Origin: Felis catus
Taxonomy: Eukaryota
Reading direction: 5' to 3'
Assembly (NCBI RefSeq): GCF_018350175.1
Contig: NC_058368.1
Location: 76,448,001-76,508,000 of the forward strand
DNA: 60,000 nt
Below are positions 49,411 through 60,000 of this stretch, piece by piece; the stretch's first letter is position 1; every line of letters starts with the position of its first letter. The translations under genes and the position numbers were made by a program. The notes beneath the pieces are model-generated. The model ran no database searches. It saw only the letters and a program-made list of their open reading frames with translations, and was not told the DNA's origin.

Positions 49411-51938
49411 GAAAAGCCGTATTTAGGCTGCGTTGGGGGAGGCAGAGAGAGTATAGCACATCGCGCAGTTGAGCGGGGGTTAGACTTCCTAGGCCACAGG
49501 GACAGTGTTTGCAAAGGCCAGCAGCCACAGGAGCATGGACGTTTTAGAAATTTTAGAAGATGTGCTACTTATTTCGTATGGCTTGAGCAGAGACATCCAT
49601 GTGCAGGGATTAACCTATAACGAAAGGCAATGTTTACCACATGGACATCTTTGTAGGTCATGGGAAGGATGGGGACTTTGTCTCGATGGGCTTTACACAG
49701 GAGAGGGATGTTGCCAGAGATGCCTGGTGGGAGGTGGATGGGAAGAATGGAACCCCCAAAGCCAGCGAGCACCGAGAAGGACGCCCAGGTGAACAGGGCA
49801 CACCAGACGTAGGCTTGGGAAGAGAGGCTATGAATAAACTCATTAAGGAGGATGAATCCTCCAACCCACGGACCCAATTAAATGCCTGGCCAAAAAGGCA
49901 GGCAGAAGAGCCCTGAAACCTTGTTTGAATTCTGAGTGTTTGAACAAGCGAGCATTCTTTCCATCATCGGAAAGTACCTTCTTGGGGGTGCCGAAAGGAA
50001 TTCGAGGCCATTTTTGAAGGGTTATTGTCTACATGCTGATGGTCTTTAGACAGGTATGCAGACTCCATCTGGAGTTTTTACAGGCGACTCTTGAAATCGA
50101 GATCCAGATTTGACGTCATCAGCAACTAGGCGGTCGTTTGTGGGTCCAGCATTGGCCCCTGTGCAGAGAATACGACGAACTTCAAAGCAGTGGCAGAGCA
50201 TCAGGCGAAGCTCAGAGTGGTTCTGAGACCAGGGCCCCACGTGATGGGACAGATCGTATCCTCACAAAGCCAACCCCAGCGGGGACAGAGGTGGACGCAA
50301 CACAGAGATGTGGAGAACGCTCAAGGAGTGGGACACGGCATGGTACATGAGAGGGAACGGCAGTGAACTTGAGTGCAGACAATCAAGAAGCATGAAGTCA
50401 CGCGTTGGCAGACATCTTTCAGGTCTTAAATAGGAGGCTTTTCTCCCTTGAGATTTAGAACCTGCATTCGATTATGAAGTTTATTGAATTCCAAGTCAGA
50501 ACAGGTATCAGACCCGTTATCCGAGCCTCCCGAGAGAGTTAAGTCATTTGTCCTAGAACGAAAGCTAGTCTATGTGGCAAACCGGATGCGGATTCTCACC
50601 ATGCGGTCACGTCTGCTCACTGCCAGTGAGGACCCAGGCCAGCAGACGGGTTCCCAAAGGCCCCAGGCAAGGCATTAAGGATTTGGAGGATTTAACCACT
50701 GTCCAAGGTCTGGCCCTCAGCTTTACAAGCATCTACTCGGGGGCAGAAGCACATTTTCCAAGCTCATTAAACTAATATAAAGCAAGAATGCCAATTTAAT
50801 ACTTTCAGAGAAATAAAAGTACCACACACACTCAACATGCCCAGCACATTCTGCCCCTACGGTGAAGCTATAGGAAAAACCAAGTCATGATCAGGGACCC
50901 CTTCTCTGAGATCCCGAGACTTGCTGCACTGGGACCTGAGAGTATTGCATGGAGCTTGTTCTAGGTCATAAGTCAACTCACTCATTAGCTGGAAGAATTT
51001 ACCACCGCAGAAACCAGAAGCCTGGCAGACCCACCAAGAGGAAGCCAGACTCCAGTCGGAATGTTCTTTGGGAGCAGACTCAGAACCAAGGGGTTAAGAG
51101 AATTGGGGATTTTAACAGCATCTGGCAAGGAGGCACCAAGATGCCCACTCACAGAAGAGAGCGTTTCTGGCATCGGGACCACAACACGGGAGGCCACTTG
51201 GCTAATAAATTCACTTTTATCAGCAGGACCCCTCCCCGTGGAAGGGTCTCTTCCCTAGAGGGAGGCTATCAATACATGCTTGTGAGACTGTCAGAGTCCA
51301 TCACAGACCTCTGCCGTCCATCAGTCAGAGCTGGTTGTCTAACAAACACTTTCCTCCAGTTATGGAAAGGAGTCTAACCCGGGGTTAGAGGGGTCCAGGC
51401 CCAGAAGCCATGTGGGTTCTTTGGACGGTCATTCTGCGCATCCACACTGAGCTTTATCTGAATGTTCAACTATAAGGCCACCACTGAAGTGTATTTCCTT
51501 CCCTTCTAAGGGAAGGTGGCGGCGGGGTGGGGGGGGGGGGGGTATCCTTACTGTATCCTTTGGGACTTAAGGAACTCTGTGCAGGAATTGAGACTCAGCC
51601 TCCCGGGCTGAATCCCAGCCTGTGTTCTTCCCTCTGCCGTCGCTCATTTGCTCCACCAACTGGCTCAAAGGTTTTACACAATTGGATCTTCCACCTCTCC
51701 CGGTCTCTGGCTCTGGAGGGTTCTCTGAGCAGGGGGCTGTAGGATTACGGGGAAGGAAACTAAAAGGAGATTCTACTCCTGAGGACTTAGTTTTAGATCT
51801 GCGTCCTTAAGGTCTGATTTAGATTTGAACCCAGCTGCTGGCGTTTGTGAATCTTAAGTTGCATTAAAAGTAGACATGACATTCAAAGAGTGAGGAGTAG
51901 CTAGTCTTTCTGTCTCCCTTCCTGCCCGCCCCCAACCC

Positions 51939-52108
51939 CGGTGATTTTTGGAGTGGGATCTCTGGACCAGCAGCAGGATCACCCAGGAACTCGCTAGAAA
52001 TGCAGAGTCTCCCGCCTCTCCCCCTCAATCAGACGCCAGCACCGGCTTTAACAAGGCAAGAAGCCCTCCGCGGCATTCTGTGCACCCTTGCATTTGAAAA
52101 CCGGTGCT
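51939..52108. mobile_element. MER5A-like hAT fossil
   Basis: ggaccagcagcaggatcacccaggaactcgctagaaatgcagagtctc...tttaacaagg...ttctgtgcacccttgcatttgaaaacc. Confidence 0.7.
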
Positions 52109-53312
52109 CCGGCCTTTGCACACGTTACTAACCATTAACATTTTAATAAGACTAAAATGAGGGCAGTTATAGTAAATTGGCTCGGAGATGAAGTTGTGGT
52201 TATCTTTGTATCAATTAGGTCATAGTTGGTTAAGAATTTAACCAAGATAATCTGCTTGTTTTCACTTAGCTAAGGAATCCCTGACCCACAGTATCTTAGA
52301 ATAGCCTAGAGAAGAAGTCAGCTGACACTCTTTGGAAAGGCTCAGAACCTTTCGATAGGCAGAGGAGGTCAATGGGTTTAAAAGAAACCTGGCTAGATTG
52401 ATCAAAAGAGACCATTTAATGTCCTCTGGTGCCACTTTTCAACATCCTTTCTCTCAAACCCTTAAGTAAATACATTGATCTGCACAGCTTTATGTAAAAG
52501 TCAAGCTCCAAGTAAATGCTACAAGGTTTCCTTTTCTCAGTGACAATTGCACACTTCACAGATAGGAAGACAAAAGGTCCTCAGAAAGTAAAAAAATGTG
52601 AATGACATAAAAAGGAGTAATTTAATATCATGTTAACTCATTCTATATGATACAAGGTAATGCTGCCTCATGGCAAAGACACGGTGCAAAGTACTCCCAT
52701 ATGATTTCAGAACCATTAATAGGAGAATTCCATATTTTATAACATCAACAAACCAGATGAACCTCATCCACTTAAAGTAGAGAACAGTGAAAAGAACAAA
52801 TGTCTTGTGAAGAGTGGAAATGAGAACAACGTGTGTGAGGTTAAACAGTGGAAATAAGTTGCGGATGCGATGCATGAAATAATTCTTTCTGCAATGCCAT
52901 TTCTGCATTTAGTTTATAAGCATGTCAGGGTGTGCAATCCAGGCATATTTCAAAAAAAGAAATACCAATCCATATGACGGGTGGAGAAAGTTGCCGCATA
53001 TAAAGCGCCATAAAAGACTCATTAAAACGAACTTTGAAACGCCTCTCTGACCAGAGTATACGTATGGAAGATGCGCCTGTAACGTATTTAGACCTGCTGG
53101 AGCTTTTATCATTTTTCCCAACTATCTGACCTAAAGAGGTGGAGAAAGGAGCTTACAAACAAAAGAAAGCTAATACGAAATTTTAAATTGCTACCGCAAA
53201 CAGTAAATGTGCTTTGGTTTACCTAGGCTGGTTTCTCATGTTCTGGATGTTTATCATCTAGATAGGTATTGTATTAGATGCTGTGTTAAAGAGACCACCC
53301 TGATTTGCACAT

Positions 53313-53350
53313 GTGCGCGCGCACGCACACACACACACACACACACACAC
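53313..53350. repeat. (GC)n-(CA)n alternating purine-pyrimidine tract
   Basis: gtgcgcgcgcacgcacacacac... read directly. Confidence 0.93.
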
Positions 53351-53569
53351 AGAGTTTCTGAAACAAGGAGCAATGGTGTAGAGCATTCTTAGGTACTCCA
53401 TAATACAGAGAAAATGTAAGAACTTCATAAAAGTGCAACAAGTCTAAGATCTGTCTGATAGCATGACAAATTAAGGAACTGTTGGCTCAGGAAGGTAAAG
53501 GGACTTCTTCAAGGTCACAGAGCCAGGGATGGTTAGATCCAGGACTTGGCACTCAACCTAGTGAATTTA

Positions 53570-53785
53570 AATTTTTTTTTAATGTTTATTTTTGAGAGAG
53601 AGAGAGAGAGAGACAGAGCACGAGCAGGGGAGAGGCCGGGAGAGAGGGAGACACAGAATCTGAAACAGGCTCCAGGCTCTGAGCTGTCAGCACAGAGCCC
53701 GACACGGGGCTCAAACTCACAGACTGTGAGATCGTGACAGGAGCTAAAGCCAGACACTCAACCGACTGAGCCACCCAGGCGCCCC
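53570..53785 (-). mobile_element. Can-SINE (SINEC_Fc family), next to a probable MIR relic
   Basis: Perfect 17-bp TSD TCAACCTAGTGAATTTA at 53553-53569 and 53786-53802. Confidence 0.97.
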
Positions 53786-55252
53786 TCAACCTAGTGAATT
53801 TATAGAGAAGCCCGTGCTATCCCCTTCAAAGTGGCCACTTAGGACAGCGCTAATGGGACAGCTGGGGATGGGTTCCCTGCAGGCTGGCCTCCTGGAGAGC
53901 CCCGGGCAGGTCAATCGAGACCAGCACTAGGCATGCAGTCAGGTCCAGGGCTGAGCCAGCAGCTCAAACCAGTTTCTGCCACAAGTCCTACACTCAAGTC
54001 CTCTGGTTGTACCAGTGGAAGGACTGGAACATCCCCCATTATCTCCTATAACTTTGGGGTCTCTCTTCTAGCATCCCTGTGCCAAGGTCTCATGTTGGCC
54101 ATGCTAGGTGCCTGGGCACTGGCCTAGAATGCATTGGAGTCCCACCCCGTCCATTACTCCAGTCTCACTCCCTGAGTGTTGAGAAAGAAAAAAAAAAAAA
54201 AACCCTCCCCAGATCCCACCCCCCAGTAGGTCTGGCAAGTGGGATGCATGCACATTCACACATGGGGCTTCATGACTCGATCATCCCTGTCCTACTGCCA
54301 TTACTAAAAGCTCTACCATATTTGAATTTCCCTTTTGAGTCATCCCCTAAGCCTTTCTTTGGAATACTATCAGTAATGGACAATCTTCACACTTTGGGTT
54401 TTATTTCTGGAAGGGGGGAGAAAAAGACCACGGTTGTTCAGAGCCAAGTTTTGTGAATAAAGGGGAGTAATGGAGCTGTGTGATGCTAGTTGGTTGAACT
54501 AAGTGATGTACTCGGGAAGAACTACGTGGATTATGTTGTTTGGTTCATAAATGGACTCTGAAAGCTATTCTAAGATCAGATCTGAGTAACAGCCGGCATC
54601 AAATTCTAAATCTTCTAAAGAAGGGTATTTGAAGGACAGTCTTCATCTGCATGGGGAAGTTTTGAAAATGCTTAGGACTCAATAGATTCTATCCACATTG
54701 CAGAGACGGAACACCTATTAACTGTTTCCTACCTAGGAGAAGCTCCACACACCCATCTGCTTCACAGAAAAATGTGGCCCCTTGAAACATTAAACTAGTG
54801 CTCCCTATGGAATCATATGATATCTCCATGCAAAATGAGATACAGCAGAAATATCGCTTTTACCAAGAGTTAGAAACCCAAGGTTTGGGACAAGTCTAAG
54901 TAACGCTTTCTGAATCGGTGCTTCCACAGATCCAAGCACGAACACGTGACAACCCAATGTTTAAGAATTTTCCATTCGCTATTTAAGCTACACCTCACAC
55001 AGAGGTTGGTAGAGCCAGCTGGGCAACCCGTTGCCTCCCAATTGCTAAGAGAACATGCCAACCTGCTGTCTCACACAGATCCCGAAGTCCCTAAGTCCGA
55101 GCCCCAGAAAGCAGATGAGGCAGTTTCACCCCCAGCTGCCGCCAAGTTCTCCGTTGCATTTTCCCTTCTCTGGTTTTCTAGGAATCTGAACCCGGAGGAG
55201 CTGGTGAGAAGAGACTCAAAGGGTATAAAGGTCAATTAAAATCGAGTTTAAA

Positions 55253-55472
55253 GGGGCGCCTGGGTGGCGCAGTCGGTTAAGCGTCCGACTTCAGCCAGGT
55301 CACGATCTCGCGGTCGGTGGGTTCGAGCCCCGCATCGGGCTCTGGGCTGATGGCTCGGAGCCTGGAGCCTGCTTCCGATTCTGTGTCTCCCTCTCTCTCT
55401 CTGCCCCTTCCCCGTTCATGCTCTGTCTCTCTCTGTCTCAAAAATAAATAAACGTTAAAAAAATTTTTTAAA
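55253..55472 (+). mobile_element. Young feline SINE (SINEC_Fc)
   Basis: Perfect TSD AAAATCGAGTTTAAA at 55238-55252 and 55473-55487. Confidence 0.98.
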
Positions 55473-56299
55473 AAAATCGAGTTTAAAATATTAAAAGTCA
55501 TATGAACCAGAAATAGTACCAATAGAAGTGGCTAAGTATCAGACCTCAACTACTCAATATTAACTCAATATTAACATCCCCTTTCTGAGGAAAAGGATTC
55601 CAGTGGAGAAAACTCTATGGACTCCACCTCCATATCCTCCGAGGCCCTAAACTATTCGATAGGCAACGTTGCCTTCCTCAGGCTGGTCTTCTAGTCTCTT
55701 CGCTTCTGTTTATTTCAGCCTTCCAGCTTTATTGTGCAGATTTCAAAACCACTTATCATTTAGCTTGCAGTGGAAGGCCTTCTCCTTGGTCGTTAATGAT
55801 ACCCCTTTATTTGTATAGATTACATAGGATTTATCTGGTTATAAACTTAATAGTTTTAGTCCAACACTAATGTTACTGCTACCTCTTATACTCACCCAGC
55901 AAATAATAGCCATCTATGTGGATCCAGAAGGGAAGCCAAAATACAATTCTGACATTATTGTCGAAGTAGAAAGGAAATTTACGTTTAGAACAAGCAACTA
56001 CCACTCTCCACTCCCAAAGAAGTAATATAAATCCTAGAATAGGCTTTACTCTTCTATGCACAGACTTCAAAGAATTTACAGTCAAATACCCTTTTTAACT
56101 AAAAGAATCAACTTTTGACCAAACCAACCTTAGAGCAAAGGATTTTTCTTTGTTGGTTTTCTGCATATAAAAGGGTCTATTTTTTCATAAGCTCTTAATT
56201 TCGTGCAGGATTCATCTTAAAGATTCACTCAGGCGTCATTGTGATATTGAAGAGTGGGTGCTCTCCATCTTTATTTCTACTTGGTCATCCTTCAAGTTT

Positions 56300-56505
56300 G
56301 TTATTATTTTTTTTAATGTTTATTTTTGAGACAGAGAGAATGAATGGGGGAGGGTCAGAGAGAGAGGGAGACACAGAATCCGAAGCAGGTTCCAGGCTCC
56401 GAGCTGTCAGCACAGAGCCCGACGCGGGGCTCGAACTCACGGGCCGTGAGATCACGACCTGAGCTGAACTCAGACGCTCAACCGACGGAGCCACCCAGGC
56501 GCCCC
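56300..56505 (-). mobile_element. Can-SINE (SINEC_Fc family)
   Basis: TSD ATCCTTCAAGTTT at 56287-56299 and 56506-56518. Confidence 0.97.
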
Positions 56506-59500
56506 ATCCTTCAAGTTTATAATAACCATTTCCAAAGGGATTCCTGTTTTAAACCTGTACACTCCTAGGATTATTTAGGAAACCCAAGAATTTACATTTT
56601 TAAAGATTATCCTGAGGCTGACTGAAATTAGATCTGCAGTTATGACAAAAATGCTTCAGAGATCTTAAAACTATCTGGACAGGCAAACCTGAATGATCTG
56701 CGCGGATTTAACTTCAACATAATTTGGTAGTCCGTGTTGTTCTAAGAAGTGGAGTGCCGTTTGCGTGTTAAATTCTGATGTGCACACCCTCCACCTTCTA
56801 GTTTGGAGACCTCAATTCTACCTTAATGATTAATGTGGACTAAAAAAACTTTGACAGCCTCAACTTTTTGTGTGCCTACAAGAAAAAGGACTTTAGTGAA
56901 AAGAGAACAGTCGGGAGTATATTAAGAAAGGGAAAAACATGGAGGACAGAGTGAATTGGGAGGCTCAGGTTAGTCTGTGGGATGGACCTAGAGGAACAGA
57001 GTCACGGGACTGACACCGTAGTTCTTGCCCCTTGTGACGAAGAGATACAAAGCCCCCTGTGAAGAGTTTTCCTTAGGGTCAGATGGAATCGGGGATCTAA
57101 CTCTCCAGGACAGGGTCAGCCTGAATGAATTTCAGGTTTAAGTGATGCTCTTAGGAAGCAGAAGCTTAAGGGGACGGTACACAGGACAGGCACCTTTTTG
57201 ATGGGCAGGCAAAACAGGAAATCTTCGGATCTTAGGTCCAGTGGGGAGAGGGAAAGCAATTAGGTGAGGAGGGACAGTTGCTCAGAGGGTCAAATACAAG
57301 TTTCATGTGATGGCCCTCAGTCCTAAGACCGACCAAAGACAGGATTCAGCAGAGGGAATGAGCCTACAGAAAGTGGGAATCTCCCTCAGATGCCTATTCC
57401 AGTACGTTGGTTTCTTCGGCCACGCTTTCCCTTTGTTGTTTGCCTGTGCCTCCCTTTTCTTCCCTTAATGTACTTCTAGGATAAACCAAAACAGGGAATT
57501 GGTTCAGTCAAATCAGTGTTCGAAGAGGGAAAGTATGAAGAAACTCATTCTGGGAAGTAGCGGAGATCCTTTTGAAGTTCTTCAGGGTTGGCCCAAACAT
57601 GTCAACTGAAAGGTTTCTCTGGAAGAAGCCAGTTACCATGTGGGCAGCAGCCTTACTTACCCAGCTCCTTCAATTGATAACCAATTCCTAGCTACAGCCA
57701 CTGAAAGCCACCATTCCTGCCCACCTATTCGTAGTTCTACACATTAGAAAGACCTGGGGCTGGGGGAGGAATTGAAAGCCAGCAGGAAAAAGGAAGCAGA
57801 GAAAAGGTCAGCTGAGTGGGTGTGCCGGGGGAGCGGTCTACACCTGCTCAGAAAAGAAGATGGTGGACGTCACCAAACACGCGTCTGGAAGGCCGCCTTT
57901 ATTTCTCCCCTTCCTTCTAAATGCCAAAGCCACGCAGAGAACACAGACCCAAAGTATTTCCATTTTCCCTCCCCGCCAGGGAATTTTTCAAAAATAGAAC
58001 TCTCTGCTGTCATAATCCAAGTGAGCAGCAATCATTTTATCTGGTGACTAAAGTCTTAAACGGCTTAAGGAGAGAACCCCCTCTCCTGTCTTGGATCAGG
58101 GGAAAAGCAACGAGGTTCTCGGCTCCAGAAAAATGGAGAGGAGGAAGGGGTTTCCGCTCTCTTCAGCTTCTCTTCTGTGTTTCCAGGAACGGTTGCTGGG
58201 ACAAGACGTTTGAAAGGGCAAGATAGACCATCCCAACCTTTTCTCGAGCAGATGTCTGCTGCATGCACCAATACTCATTTGCAATGTGTCAAGTGCTCCA
58301 ATAATATTTACAAAGTCTCAGTGAGAGAAGTCAAAGAGACTACGGGTTTTCGGCAACTGGTTTTTGCTGTTGTTGTCTTTAAACGGAGCAGTTATTTAGA
58401 TCTCTATAGCCCATCTCCCTCACAACTCTTTAAACCATATCCAAGCCACATAAAAGAATAGATTCCACCAGGCTTTACTTCCTTCCTTCAACACCTTCAC
58501 TAAATTACAGTCAGAAACTGAAGAATCCCAGATTTCTTTTCTGTATCCTAGGCAAAATTCCAGTTTTGACTCATACATGTAGGATGCTTAGCATCGTGAG
58601 TCTTCAGATGATTTTCTGACCTAACTTCCTTGAAAATTAGAGGTGGAAGAAACATACTGTCCATTCACCCTACGTGAAATGCCTTCCAGACATCTAAAGG
58701 GGGGGCTCAATCGGCTGTTGGCGGGGAGGAATCCTCCTTAATTGTGGTCATTTGCCTCTAGACTCATGGCTTCATAAACTGAATCCTATATTTGTTTGTA
58801 CGTCCGATAAGTGCTTTTCTCATTTGTTCGAGCCTTGGAATGGTGAATGTCGAGAACGGTTCAAACCGGTTTGTGAAACAGGAGCAGGATCCTGATATAC
58901 AAGACTGCCTACAAAAAATTGGTCAAAACACTTTTAGATGACCTCTTTTTAGGAGGAGGATACAAAGATGAATTTTAATAGAGAACGGAACTGGGAAACA
59001 CAGGAGAAGCTTTAGGAGAAAAGTAGGACAAATGAGTATACAGAGCTGAATGCAGAATCGGATGGTTTGTGTCATGAAAACAAGCTACTGAAGATGCTTA
59101 TTCCGCCCCCCACCCCCCCACACACACATTTGCTCAGAAGGATATGCTCTCCCATTCCCCCCTCCAACTGCTAAAACAGAATGTGTAGGACCTCAGGAAA
59201 ATGCTTTTATAGTCAGAATAAGCCTACAATGGACAGTCTCCTAGCTTTAAGCCTCTCACTTGTGCCTTGTTTCCAGGCAGAAAGCACATAATAGCTATCA
59301 ACCTTTGAAGGAAATAGGAGATTTGGGACGACATGGGCATTTGAATCTCAATTTCTACATCGCTGGACTTGGATCCAGTTAAATAATGCCTCCCACTGTA
59401 GTCCCCCCCCAAGCCCGGTGCAAAGTCAAGCCCCAAATGGCTGAATGAAGATCTGAAGGCTTGGAGCAAATAAATGAACTGCCTGCTTTTCATTACGCTC

Positions 59501-60000
59501 CAGTCTCAAGACGGGGATACATCTGGTTTTCTGATTACACTTTCCCGTAGTAAAGAAAATTCTAGCCTAGCAGGTCAAACCAGCTGATGACTAGCCAGCT
59601 CCAATTACTGACCTGACCTGCTTCTAACCTCAAAGGGGAAAAAAGAAAACCCTTTTTACTCATTCTTAGAAACCGAAATATGGGTGTAGAAGGTTGTTGG
59701 GTTTTTTCCTTGATTAATTAAAGTTGCTTATTCAAATTGTGCTTTAGTACAGAGTCTTTAATTATAAACAAAATAATGCCTGACTTCCTCTATAAACCTC
59801 CACTCAAAGGCAAAGAGAAAGAAAGACCAGACTCTTTTATTCTTATAATAAACAACAAAAGCACACTAATTTCAATATGGCATTTGGAACTTGATTTGTT
59901 CTATTTAATGAATAAAAGAATAGTTCTCAAAAGAGACTGTCTACTAAGATAAGGGTTGGTTGTTTTTTTTAATGGACACTCTAAAAGCCATTCCTAACTT

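Noticed and set aside
5933..56568. Recurring ORFs with WVAQ(L/S)VKRPTSAQV / ETEHERGRGRERGRHR / SLEPASDSVSPSLS motifs
   Set aside because: These are translations of Can-SINE sequence in various frames, not a gene family
1..60000. Identification of a host gene or a novel multi-gene system
   Set aside because: No recognisable exon, ncRNA or viral/transposase coding sequence; naming the locus would need BLAST/BLAT to the cat assembly

Overview
This is mammalian genomic DNA, almost certainly from a cat (Felidae). The evidence is about 24 tRNA-derived carnivore SINEs, several of the young feline SINEC_Fc type (head GGGGCGCCTGGGTGGCGCAGTCGGTTAAGCGTCCGACTTCAGCCAGG), plus a feline-type L1 3' end. I could not recognise any protein-coding exon, processed pseudogene or RNA gene. 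The ORF track is explained by SINE read-through, low-complexity repeats and chance, so the window reads as intronic or intergenic. It contains Can-SINEs (many with intact target-site duplications, TSDs), two large decayed L1M elements, MaLR (MLT1) LTRs, hAT DNA-transposon fossils (MER5A-, MER58B- and MER63-like), MIR/L2 relics and microsatellites. The most striking structure is a ~1 kb pure-purine minisatellite (19688-20675). Also notable are a (TA)29 array born inside a SINE TSD, tandem, nested and inverted SINE insertions, an unexplained ~320 bp inverted-repeat-bounded segment (46149-46467) and a few promoter/enhancer-like islands. I found no convincing evidence of a novel biological system. 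Repeat subfamily names are from memory of consensus sequences, and boundaries of old repeats are approximate.
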